This document shows positions 45,749 through 54,148 of a DNA stretch of 64,000 nt, piece by piece. This DNA is from an uncultured Sandaracinaceae bacterium (GTDB lineage Bacteria; Myxococcota_A; Polyangia; Polyangiales; JAFGIB01): contig CAYVFC010000003.1 in the NCBI GenBank assembly GCA_964450715.1, positions 5,407-69,406 of the forward strand, in the 5' to 3' direction. Under the pieces are notes generated by a model, which was given only the letters and a program-made list of their open reading frames with translations, had not been told where the DNA came from and ran no database searches. Position numbers and translations under genes: made by a program. Position 1 is the stretch's first letter; every line of letters starts with the position of its first letter.

Positions 45749-45998
45749 CCGCAACACTCACCAGGGAAGAAGGGCCGTCCATATCGGATAGCGCTTTTTT
45801 TATAGGCCGAGGCATCTTTTTTTTCATCGTTCCCAGGCAGGGTATCGGTTTTCGGCCCGGAGCGATTTTTCCGTTTTTACGGCTCTTTCCTGCGAAGCGC
45901 CACCTCTTTTTTCATTTCGAGGAAAATTAGAAAATAAGCTCGCAGCCTTTTGAGATAACAGGCAAAAGGGGTAAAACCATAATCGGTTTTCGTTCGCG

Positions 45999-46013
45999 GG
46001 CACGAGCGTTGCA
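45999..46013 (+). promoter_or_regulatory. Sigma-54 type -24/-12 promoter motif, copy 1 of 3
   Basis: gGGCACGagcgTTGCAt compared with the consensus TGGCACG-N4-TTGCW. Confidence 0.5.
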
Positions 46014-46043
46014 TGGGCGAAACCGTTTTCGATTTCGCTTCCG

Positions 46044-46058
46044 GGCACGCGCGTTGCA
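46044..46058 (+). promoter_or_regulatory. Sigma-54 type -24/-12 promoter motif, copy 2 of 3
   Basis: gGGCACGcgcgTTGCAt, 45 bp after copy 1 within a tandem repeat of about 46 bp. Confidence 0.5.
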
Positions 46059-46089
46059 TGGGTCGAAACCGATACTCATGTCGCTCCGG

Positions 46090-46104
46090 GGCACGAGCGT
46101 TGCA
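46090..46104 (+). promoter_or_regulatory. Sigma-54 type -24/-12 promoter motif, copy 3 of 3
   Basis: gGGCACGagcgTTGCAt, 46 bp after copy 2 and about 64 nt upstream of ATG 46168. Confidence 0.5.
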
Positions 46105-46167
46105 TGCATTCAGCATCCCGTTTCGTGTGACGGTTTTCGATCGCGAGCGACAGGGAAGGAAGATTCG

Positions 46168-47160
46168 ATGGACGAGGTCTCGACGCGACAGGCGCGGATT
46201 CCCACCTTGCACGTGGTAGCGGACTCGATTCCGCTGGCTCACTACCGGGCGATGAAGGCGGTATGGGAGCAAGGGATCTCCATGCGCACCGAGTACGACC
46301 GCCGCGGTCGGAACGGCGAATTCATCGATCCCCCGAGCCGAGAGGCGCGCGTGCTGGTCGAGGTCACCCAACCCTACGCCCAACCGCGCTTTCCGCCGGT
46401 CTCCTTTTGCGAGATCGGGGCCTATATCGCCGAGGTCATGGGCCTGAAGGATCACTACGTGGTGCCCATCGACGAGTTGAAGAAGTGCAAGGACGGCGAG
46501 CTGACCGCTACCCGCTGGCCTTATACCTACCACCAGAGGCTCTTCGCCCATCCGGCCGAGGACGGATCGGTCGTAGACCAGATGGAGCTGGCGGTCGGGC
46601 GCGTGGCGACCACTCCGTATAGCCGCCGGGCCGTGGCCTCCACCCCGGTGCCCAACCTGGACGTCTTCCTCAAGGAGGACATTCCCTGCCTGCGCGAGGT
46701 GCAGCTCCGCTGCCCCCTGGACGAGAGGGGCAACCGCGTGCTCAACATGAACACGGTCTGGCGCTCGCGCGACCTGTACAAGGCCTGGGCGGACAACGTG
46801 ATCGGCATGACCTTCCTGATGGGAAAGATCGCGCGCGACCTCGAGCAGAGGACCGGCGAGAGGGTCCGCGTGGGCAGTTACGCCGATTACAGCTTCTCGC
46901 TGCACATCTACGGGCAGGACTTCGCGGCCGTGGGAGGGGACGCGGACAGGGGGCTCAAGAGCTTCTTCGACAACTTCGACGAGCGGAAGATCCTTGAGCG
47001 CTCCATGACCAGCGAGCGCGCGCGCGACCTGCTTATCCTGCCGCAGCTCGAGGAGTTACGTACCGAGGCCAAGATAAAGGAGTGGAAGCTCGACGACCGG
47101 GCTATCGCGCTGCTCGATAGCCTGATCGAAGAGCTGAGCAGCGGCAGGGTCCTGCCCTGA
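46168..47160 (+). CDS. Thymidylate synthase (ThyA-fold) family protein, divergent
   Basis: ORF 46009..47160, with start MDEVSTRQ at 46168 after GGGAAGGAAG. ThyA-like motifs are YSRRAV (the SRR), IPCLREVQL (P-C nucleophile), WRSRDLYKAWADNVIG (RS.D...N) and SLHIYGQD (HiY). Confidence 0.6.
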   Translation: MDEVSTRQARIPTLHVVADSIPLAHYRAMKAVWEQGISMRTEYDRRGRNGEFIDPPSREARVLVEVTQPYAQPRFPPVSFCEIGAYIAEVMGLKDHYVVPIDELKKCKDGELTATRWPYTYHQRLFAHPAEDGSVVDQMELAVGRVATTPYSRRAVASTPVPNLDVFLKEDIPCLREVQLRCPLDERGNRVLNMNTVWRSRDLYKAWADNVIGMTFLMGKIARDLEQRTGERVRVGSYADYSFSLHIYGQDFAAVGGDADRGLKSFFDNFDERKILERSMTSERARDLLILPQLEELRTEAKIKEWKLDDRAIALLDSLIEELSSGRVLP

Positions 47161-47175
47161 ACCCTCCTCGAATTT

Positions 47176-48789
47176 TTACTCCGCGGCTCCGGCGCTCGCC
47201 TGCTTGCGCAGAGCCTTCTTGGCCACCGCTCGCACCGTGGCGTCCTCGTCGTCGGCGGCTTTCTGCAGCGCCTCGGCGAACGCATCCGGGTCCAGCTTGC
47301 TCATGGCCCGCACCGCGTAGTAGCGGACCAAAGAGCTCTCCGCCCGGCTGCCGGTCTCCAGCTGCTCGGCGATGGGCTTGCGGGCCTCGTCCGAATCGGC
47401 GTCCTTGTACTCCTGCATTAGGCGGTCAAAGGTCTCGCGGTCGGCGTTTCCCTCTCCGTTCTTGGTGTACACGCCGCTGGGAGAGGAGGGCCTGCTGGGC
47501 GGCGGGATGCTGCCCGTCGCGGGGGGCACGCTGATCGAACCGCGGGCGGCCGGACCGGCGGGCGGTTGCACCGCGCCCCGACTCAACGCCGAGGTGTCGA
47601 GATTCAGGTCGGGCTTGCGCCCCGATCGCCTGCGCACCGGGCTCTCGGTCATACCGGTGAGCGTGTGGGTGCGGAACAGGTCCAGGCTCTCGATCTCGCC
47701 CAGATCCAGCGCCGGGATCTCCTTCTGCAGCTTCTCCCGGAGCGCGCCGCCCTCGCGCTGGGCGTTGGCTACCATCTGCTGCACCCCGTCGGGCAGCGAG
47801 TGCGAGGAGGCGAGCAGGCGCCAGGTCACCGGAAGTGACTTGTTCTCCATCGACCTGTAGACGCCCAGATAGATGGCGCCCCCGCCGGTTTCGTCCTTGA
47901 GCTGGTCGTTGACCTGCTCGAAGACCGAGAAGGGGGTCTCCTTCAACGTCTCCTCGTTGGCCTCCAGCACCAGCCCCAGGTAGGAGACGCGCTCCAGCGA
48001 CGCGCCCGCGGGCATCAGCGAGCTGTACTGCATGTTTTCGCGCACCGCCTGCATGACCGAGTCCACCGTCACCTTGGCGAGCTCGCCCTCCCCGTAGTTG
48101 AGCAGTCCGCCCGAGAGCAGTATGGAGCGGAAGTCCTCGCCGTCCAGGGGACGGATGGCTGTGACCTGCTCCCGGTCGTTGAGCCCGTTCAGCACGTCGA
48201 GCGGGGCGAGGATGGCCGAGTTGATCTTCTCGTAGTAGCGGTCCAGGGAGACGTCGCCGTGCACCTGCGAGAGCTGCTGATTGTCGATCAGGATCCAGCC
48301 CAGCAGCGGGGTGCTGGTCAGCGAGCTCACGGCTCGTACGGCGTTTACCTTGGCTATGCCGCTCTCGTGCTCGTGCGGAAGCGTGGTCAGCGCGATCATC
48401 GGCAGCGAGAGGTCCTTCAGGGTTTCAATCAGCTCGCGTAGCGCCGAGCCCGTGCCCCCGCCCAGCCCGGCCGTCAGCAGCACCGCGTCCGCTCCGGCGG
48501 CGTGGGCCGAGACCGCGCTTCGGACGCGTTCCGCGTGTTGCTGAATACATTCATAGCCGTAGTTCAGGTCCGAGCCCGCTCCATCGTAGCCGTCGATACC
48601 GATGTAGATGCGCTGCTCGCTCGGCACGTTCAGGTGCGCCCCACCGGGCGCCAGCGAGGCCAGATCGGTATGAGCGGTGTTGAGCGCCAGCGCGCGATAG
48701 CCCCGGCGGTAGAGCTCGGCGGCCAGGTTGCCCCCGGCTTGCCCCAGACCCACGGCCGCGATTTCCAGAGAACGATTAGCGGGTTTCAC
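47176..48789 (-). CDS. FtsZ/tubulin-superfamily GTPase paralogue with a Pro-rich linker and a HEAT-like C-terminal extension
   Basis: ORF track, 537 aa. The GTG start follows TAGGAGG. Motifs are IAAVGLGQAGGNLAAE (G1), ALNTAHTDL, GAGSD, VLLTAGLGGGTGSA (the tubulin signature GGGTGS) and PLDGEDFRSIL (T7-like). The C-terminus reads DEDATVRAVAKKAL. Confidence 0.8.
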   Translation of the reverse strand: MKPANRSLEIAAVGLGQAGGNLAAELYRRGYRALALNTAHTDLASLAPGGAHLNVPSEQRIYIGIDGYDGAGSDLNYGYECIQQHAERVRSAVSAHAAGADAVLLTAGLGGGTGSALRELIETLKDLSLPMIALTTLPHEHESGIAKVNAVRAVSSLTSTPLLGWILIDNQQLSQVHGDVSLDRYYEKINSAILAPLDVLNGLNDREQVTAIRPLDGEDFRSILLSGGLLNYGEGELAKVTVDSVMQAVRENMQYSSLMPAGASLERVSYLGLVLEANEETLKETPFSVFEQVNDQLKDETGGGAIYLGVYRSMENKSLPVTWRLLASSHSLPDGVQQMVANAQREGGALREKLQKEIPALDLGEIESLDLFRTHTLTGMTESPVRRRSGRKPDLNLDTSALSRGAVQPPAGPAARGSISVPPATGSIPPPSRPSSPSGVYTKNGEGNADRETFDRLMQEYKDADSDEARKPIAEQLETGSRAESSLVRYYAVRAMSKLDPDAFAEALQKAADDEDATVRAVAKKALRKQASAGAAE

Positions 48790-49168
48790 GGATACCTCCT
48801 ACAAATGAAAAACCTTTCCAGAACCGATGTCCGCGGCTCGTTCGGGGTCCTGCGACCCTCGGCTGCCGGGGACCATTTCGACGCCCTCGGAGCCCGGACA
48901 AGGGCGCTAGCCTACCACTTCGCGGCGGCGAGAAAAGCATCCCCGTTTGGGGGTAATTTGGCCGGCCGGATCGCGTGGTGGGCGTCGCGTTTTCCCCGGC
49001 GCGGCGTCTTCGGGTCGTACGTAGAGGTGATCCGGGTGTTTTGGATTTCCACATACGGATCCGAATCTTGAGCTTGGATAGGACGACTCATAGTGCTAAA
49101 AAGGAACAGTAGGTCCACTAGTGTCAGGTTCGGGTTGCTGGCAAATCAACGATAGGGAGCGAAAGACG

Positions 49169-51070
49169 ATGTATAGATTACCCCTTGGTATCATTAGTAT
49201 TTTAACGATTCTCACCTTTGCGGCCTGCGGGGGAGGTGACGACGAAGGTGGCGATGCGGCAGCCGGAGAGGGCGGCGGCGGCGCGGACGGCGCGGCAGCC
49301 GGCGGCGGCGGCGGCGGCGGCGGAGCCGGTGGAGCTGGCGGCGAGAGCGGTAGCGGCGCACCGGTCTGCGGAAATGCGGTGGTCGAGCCGCCCGAGCAGT
49401 GCGACGACGGCAACCAAATCGACGACGACGGCTGCACCAACCTGTGCGAGAAGACCTGCAGCGTCGACGGCGACTGCAACGACCTGAATCCCTGCAACGG
49501 CGTGGAGGTCTGTAGCGGCGGCGTCTGCGGCCCGGGCACCAACCTGACCAACGGCGAGCAGTGCGGGGACAACATGTCGTGCTACGAGGGGCAGTGCCTG
49601 GAGCACGTGTGCGGAAACGGGATCGTGCAGGGCGACGAGGAGTGCGACGACGGCGACGACGACGATACGAACGGCTGTACCCGCCAGTGCCGGTTCACCT
49701 GCATCGCCGACGACCAGGAGCGCGATGTCTGCGAAAACGACTGCGATCCCCTGGCAACCTGCGACGACGCGACACACACCTGCACCGCGGGCTCGCCCTT
49801 GCCTGACGGCACGCTCTGCGACCGCGACCGCGGTTACTGCGAAAACGGCCTGTGCATCCTATCGACCTGCGGCGACGGCAATCAGGAGCCCAACGAGGAG
49901 TGCGACGACGGCAACACCGTCGACGGCGACGACTGCACCGCGGTCTGCACCCTGTCGGTCTGCGGCAACGGGGTGATAGACGGCAACGAGCACTGCGACG
50001 ACGGCAAGACCTGTATCAACAGCGACGACGAGGCGCTCAACTTCACCTCCTGCACCGACGATCCGAGCCCCTGCGAGGCGGCCAACGGCATCTGCACGCC
50101 GGCCAACCTGGACGGCTGCGACTTCAAGTGCCGGGCCGAGTTCGCGGTCAGGGGCATCTCCCTGAACGTCTCGGCGGATCCGGCCCCGGCCTTCTGCGCC
50201 TACGCCAACAGCGACAAGCAGGGCAACGCGTTCGCCGGCCTGTTTCCGGACCCGACTCTCATCAACGCCGCCAACACTTTCATTTCGGGCTCGCTCCTGG
50301 ACGGCAGCTTCATCGTCCTGTTTCACGTGATGGACGTCGATGACTACTCGCTTAGCGTTTCCGATCCATTGACCAAGCTCGCCATGGTCCCGGGCGACTT
50401 TCCCGCGGGAGTGACCGCCTTGGCCGGCGCGGTAGATGAAGAGGTTCTCATCTACCACGCGTTCTACGATGACAAGCTGGAGCCCGTAACGTCCGCCAAT
50501 GCCGAGCTTGACGCCACCGCGGACAAGCTCATCTCCAAGACGCCCATACCCTATTCCATAGGGTTCAGCATGACCGACGGCGACATGGTCCTGAGCAATG
50601 TCATGATCGAGATTGAGGTCGATCCCGAGCGCAGCGGTATCCCGGCGCCGCCCGAGACCCGGGACGGCCTTGTGCTTCCGGAGAGCGTCGGCACATACAC
50701 CAACGGCGTGATGTGCGCCGCGATGCCGACCTCTATGTTCTCCTCCATGGGAGTGCCGCAGAGCAACGTGCTCGGGCTGCCGCTTTCTTTGACCGATATG
50801 TGTTCCGATCAGAGTTATACCTCCTGTCCCGACGGAGTGGACCCGCCCGATTGCAGCTCGGTGCTGGACCTTATTCAGGGAGGATGCTCTGGGACGCTCC
50901 CTGGATTTCCCCCCAACGTCTTGATCAAGCCCATCGGCGATCCCGATGCCGACACGGATGGCGACGGCGTGAACGATGCATACTCGATCGTGTTCATGGT
51001 CTCCGCCGTGCGGGCCAGGATCGCTGGCTTCTCCGAGAACGATCCCCCGTATGACCCCCTACCGCTGTAA
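49169..51070 (+). CDS. Lipoprotein with Myxococcus cysteine-rich repeats (TIGR02232/DUF4215 type) and a novel C-terminal domain
   Basis: ORF 49121..51070, with start MYRLPLG at 49169. The lipobox is LTFAAC, followed by a Gly-rich linker. Four repeats of the form CGNG.V...E.CDDGN..D.DGC...C are present. Confidence 0.8.
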   Translation: MYRLPLGIISILTILTFAACGGGDDEGGDAAAGEGGGGADGAAAGGGGGGGGAGGAGGESGSGAPVCGNAVVEPPEQCDDGNQIDDDGCTNLCEKTCSVDGDCNDLNPCNGVEVCSGGVCGPGTNLTNGEQCGDNMSCYEGQCLEHVCGNGIVQGDEECDDGDDDDTNGCTRQCRFTCIADDQERDVCENDCDPLATCDDATHTCTAGSPLPDGTLCDRDRGYCENGLCILSTCGDGNQEPNEECDDGNTVDGDDCTAVCTLSVCGNGVIDGNEHCDDGKTCINSDDEALNFTSCTDDPSPCEAANGICTPANLDGCDFKCRAEFAVRGISLNVSADPAPAFCAYANSDKQGNAFAGLFPDPTLINAANTFISGSLLDGSFIVLFHVMDVDDYSLSVSDPLTKLAMVPGDFPAGVTALAGAVDEEVLIYHAFYDDKLEPVTSANAELDATADKLISKTPIPYSIGFSMTDGDMVLSNVMIEIEVDPERSGIPAPPETRDGLVLPESVGTYTNGVMCAAMPTSMFSSMGVPQSNVLGLPLSLTDMCSDQSYTSCPDGVDPPDCSSVLDLIQGGCSGTLPGFPPNVLIKPIGDPDADTDGDGVNDAYSIVFMVSAVRARIAGFSENDPPYDPLPL

Positions 51071-51082
51071 TCTGTAGATGTG

Positions 51083-51105
51083 CGGGCGGGCCGTGCGCCC
51101 GCCCG
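51083..51105 (+). terminator. Family B GC hairpin directly after a stop codon (no U tract)
   Basis: CGGGCGGGC (51083-91) pairs with GCCCGCCCG (51097-105), with a 5-nt loop. Confidence 0.35.
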
Positions 51106-51123
51106 TCATGGCTTACCTCTCAA

Positions 51124-51604
51124 GGGAAGTGGCAAGCCCTCACGATTCTACACATCTTCAAGGGTACCGGATGAAAGGCGGTCCTACCCCGGTGATCGCG
51201 TCCAAGCAGGAACTCGCCGGTAGAATCGATGCAGGAGCCGGGCGGGTATAGCCCGTCGACGCTCCGGCCAGCGTTACCTCGGAGGGGATCGCCACTGCTT
51301 TTCTGCGAACAAAAAGCCGTTCGGCAGGGTATTGCACTCTTTTTCAGTCGCGCGCCGGGCCATACCCGCCCGGCTCCGCAGGCCGCACTTCTCGGATAGC
51401 AGCGCGACGCCGGCCTGGCGCGGACGGTCCGGGGCCGGCCGGCGGGGGCGTCCCGCGTGCCAACCGCCCCCGAATAGTGGGGCTATTTCGAGGAGGAACG
51501 ACGCAGCAGATGCGCCCGCCCCGCAAGCGAGGCGACGGGAGTTGCATTTTGAGCCGGGAACTAACTAGATGTGTAGAATGATTAGGGCAAGCCCTTCCCC
51601 TACG
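51124..51604. repeat. About 480-bp non-coding element bounded by about 33-bp imperfect inverted repeats (MITE-like)
   Basis: 51124-51156 (GGGAAGTGGCAAGCCCTCACGATTCTACACAT) compared with the reverse complement of 51569-51604 (...GGGAAGGGCTTGCCCTAATCATTCTACACAT). The interior shares about 60 bp with 3758-3816. It contains no credible ORF. Confidence 0.35.
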
Positions 51605-52577
51605 TCAGCTCTTCCAGGACCTCGGCCGCGATTTCGGCCACGTCCGGATTTGGATCCTCGAGCAGCCGCCGTACCGCTGGCGCGGCTTCTCGGGAGCCGA
51701 TCTTGCCAAGCAGGTCGACCGTGTCGCCTCGCAACGCCGCGTCCTCCGAGCCGAGCGCTTCGCACAGCCCGCCGACGATGGCACCTAGCGCGCCCGGGCC
51801 CTGCTCGAGCAACTGCTCGGCAGCCAGCAGCAGGCCCATGCGGCTACTGGTGGTGCTGCCCTGCCACAGGGCCAGAAAGGCCTCCGGGCCACCCGGGTCG
51901 CCGATGAGCGCCAGCGCCCCCGCGATCCGCTGGGTCTGCAACAGCGACTGCAGGTGGCGACGGCGGTAGTCGGCGCTGCCTCTGGAGAGAACGATCTCGG
52001 CCAGTCCCCGGGCCGGCTCGACCCCGGTCAGGGCCAGACCGCCGTCGATCACCGTCAGCGGAACGGACCGTACCTCCAGCTCGCCGGCCAGAGCGGTGAA
52101 GCGCTGAGCGTCGATCACGAAGACCGAGACGCGCTTGCTGGCCAGCGCCAGCTCGTTGGCGGCCCTGACGGCCTGCGGGCAGTGCGGGCACTCGGTGGCC
52201 ATGAAGACGAACAGCTCGGCCGGAGCGGGCAGCGCCCGCAGGCGCTCCACCAGCTCGACCTGGAGGCTGGGGGGATATTCGGCCGCGAGCGCTTCCACGA
52301 ATGGGGCTGCTTCGCGGCCCTCGGGAAGCGCCAAGTAGTGGATGTCGCCGCGGCCCGGGCCGGAGAGGGTCAGCGCCGGCCGGGCCGGTAGATTCCCCGA
52401 TTCCCCTTCGTGCAGCACCGCGCCTCCAGCCGCGGCAGCGGCGACCGCTTCGGCTACGCTTTTCAACGCCGCGCCGAGCTCGGAGCCGTCCGGCGCCTGG
52501 TGAAAATGCAGCTCGAGCGGCGGAACGCGGCCAGCGAGCGCCTGGCCGATACGCTGCAGATCCCGTTTGGCGAGCAT
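51600..52577 (-). CDS. Thioredoxin-fold (glutaredoxin-like, CPHC) protein with C-terminal HEAT-like repeats
   Basis: ORF track, 325 aa. Motifs are FVFMATECPHCPQAV and LLEDPNPDVAEIAAEVLEEL. Confidence 0.7.
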   Translation of the reverse strand: MLAKRDLQRIGQALAGRVPPLELHFHQAPDGSELGAALKSVAEAVAAAAAGGAVLHEGESGNLPARPALTLSGPGRGDIHYLALPEGREAAPFVEALAAEYPPSLQVELVERLRALPAPAELFVFMATECPHCPQAVRAANELALASKRVSVFVIDAQRFTALAGELEVRSVPLTVIDGGLALTGVEPARGLAEIVLSRGSADYRRRHLQSLLQTQRIAGALALIGDPGGPEAFLALWQGSTTSSRMGLLLAAEQLLEQGPGALGAIVGGLCEALGSEDAALRGDTVDLLGKIGSREAAPAVRRLLEDPNPDVAEIAAEVLEELT

Positions 52578-52608
52578 GAGGGCACGCTACCGGCCCGTCC
52601 GGGTGGCG

Positions 52609-53145
52609 TCAATCCGGTCCGGTCCGGTCGTCGTCGTCGCCCGTCTGCCCGGCAACGCACTGCAAGACCAGCTCCAGAAGCCTGCCGCTCTGCACCAGAC
52701 CTCGTAGCTCGTGGGTATCGTCTACCTCTATCAAACGGACGAGCCCCTCGGTTCCGGTGCGGGCCAGCGCCCGGCTGTCCTGTACCGGCACTACCTGGTC
52801 GCCGGTACCGTGCACCAGTATCACCGGCACCCCGGGGGGCAACCGGGCCTTGCCGTTGTATCGCAGGGCAGCCTGCGCCAGCAGCAGCGTCGGGCCCTTC
52901 CACAGCTCGCGGCGTAGCAGCTCCACCACCACCGCTCCGCCGAACGAGGAGCCGACCAGGACGTGGGGCAGGAACTCTAGCAGGGTGCGGGCTTGAAGCT
53001 GTACGCAACCCTCGAAGTCCTTGGTGTTCATGGCCGGTGTGCAGGCGGTGAAGTGCCGGGCGAACAGCACGGCCTTGCGCCCCGCCGGGCTGCTCTGCAG
53101 CCCGTGGGCGAACTGAACCCTCGTACTTGTTGGCGACGGTCGCAA
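52609..53145 (-). CDS. Alpha/beta hydrolase, YqiA-like esterase
   Basis: ORF track, 178 aa. Motifs are VQFAHGLQSSP, VGSSFGG (nucleophile elbow), ILVHGTGDQVVP and DDTHEL. The TTG start lies inside an inverted repeat, so the start is uncertain. Confidence 0.65.
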   Translation of the reverse strand: MRPSPTSTRVQFAHGLQSSPAGRKAVLFARHFTACTPAMNTKDFEGCVQLQARTLLEFLPHVLVGSSFGGAVVVELLRRELWKGPTLLLAQAALRYNGKARLPPGVPVILVHGTGDQVVPVQDSRALARTGTEGLVRLIEVDDTHELRGLVQSGRLLELVLQCVAGQTGDDDDRTGPD

Positions 53146-53230
53146 AAAAAACCGAAATGGCGCTTCGAAAACAATCCGCGTCGATCCGTTCTCTGCTTAG
53201 AACAGTTTCGGCTTTTTTGCGACCGTCGCC
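53132..53230. repeat. About 100-bp palindromic structure in a divergent promoter region
   Basis: GGCGACGGTCGCAAAAAAAACCGAAA (53132-53157) compared with the reverse complement of TTTCGGCTTTTTTGCGACCGTCGCC (53206-53230). Each arm contains the mini-palindrome GCGACgGTCGC. Confidence 0.7.
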
Positions 53231-53297
53231 CCGACAACCGATACCGCTCAAGGCAGATGTGGTACTGTATCCGCGTACAGCTAGAGGGGAGATCATC

Positions 53298-53954
53298 ATG
53301 CGCAAGATCACAATACAACTGTGTCTTATCTTCTGGGGGTGCGGTGGCGCTCAGTCGCACGCGACCGAGCTGGAACCGCTGGAAGATTCGGTAGCCGAAG
53401 CAGATCAGGTAGCCGAGGAATCCGAACCGGTCGAAGGGGAAGAACCGGTCGCCGCGCCGGCGAGCGGTCCTGCCTCTATCGCCGTCACGCCCAAGGTGGC
53501 CGGACAGGCGGTCGCAGGCCGCGTCCAGATCGTGAACGAGGCCGGGGAGACGGTCGCGGAGGGCAGTGCCGGTCAGAGCTTCACGGTTAAGTCCGGGAGC
53601 TACACCGTGCAGGTGCAGGTGACCGACGAGAAGGCGCTGGCCGACCGCCCGACCCGGACCATGGAGGTCGACCTGCAGCCCGGTGCCCAGTCCAAGCAGG
53701 AAATGAGCTTTCCGTGGTGCAAGGTGCGGGTAGTGGTACGGATCAAGGGCAAGAAGGCGCGCAAGGCCGAGGTCAAGCTGATACGCGGCGGAGAGCACGT
53801 GGCGACCCTGCAGTCCGGAGCCGCGCAGCACGTACCGCTCTCCCCTGGTCACTACCAGGCCGAGGTCACGTCCGGAGGTACCATGACCAAGCTGGACGAC
53901 GTCATGTTTCCCGAGGGCTCCACGCGCGACGTTCCCATAGATGTGAGCTTTTGA
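53298..53954 (+). CDS. Lipoprotein, acidic linker plus beta-rich domain, unknown function
   Basis: ORF 53127..53954, with start MRKITIQLCLIFWGC (lipobox) at 53298 after AGAGGGGA. Confidence 0.7.
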   Translation: MRKITIQLCLIFWGCGGAQSHATELEPLEDSVAEADQVAEESEPVEGEEPVAAPASGPASIAVTPKVAGQAVAGRVQIVNEAGETVAEGSAGQSFTVKSGSYTVQVQVTDEKALADRPTRTMEVDLQPGAQSKQEMSFPWCKVRVVVRIKGKKARKAEVKLIRGGEHVATLQSGAAQHVPLSPGHYQAEVTSGGTMTKLDDVMFPEGSTRDVPIDVSF

Positions 53955-54112
53955 CCGGCCGCGAAAATTCCTCCAAGATCAAAGTAGCTACGGGGTCACG
54001 ATCTAGACATGGCCCTGTTACCGACGCGCGCTCACCGTTCGAGCGAGCGGGGAAACGGGATGATGCGGTCATCTGTCCGACTGCCGAATAGTGCAGATTT
54101 TGCGCTGCAAGG

Positions 54113-54121
54113 TGCTATAAT
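54113..54121 (+). promoter_or_regulatory. Extended -10 promoter candidate (TGcTATAAT) for the kinase gene
   Basis: TGCTATAAT is flanked by the inverted repeat TGCAGAT...ATCTGCA and lies about 28 nt upstream of ATG 54149. Confidence 0.3.
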
Positions 54122-54148
54122 CTGCATATTCCGTAGAACGGGGATATA

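Noticed and set aside
45824-46905. Minus-strand ORFs 45824..46048, 45927..46109 and 45877..46905
   Set aside because: They read through the AT-rich promoter region and the triple sigma-54 repeat (the repeated PCNARAR is a repeat translation), or they are antisense to the ThyA-fold gene.
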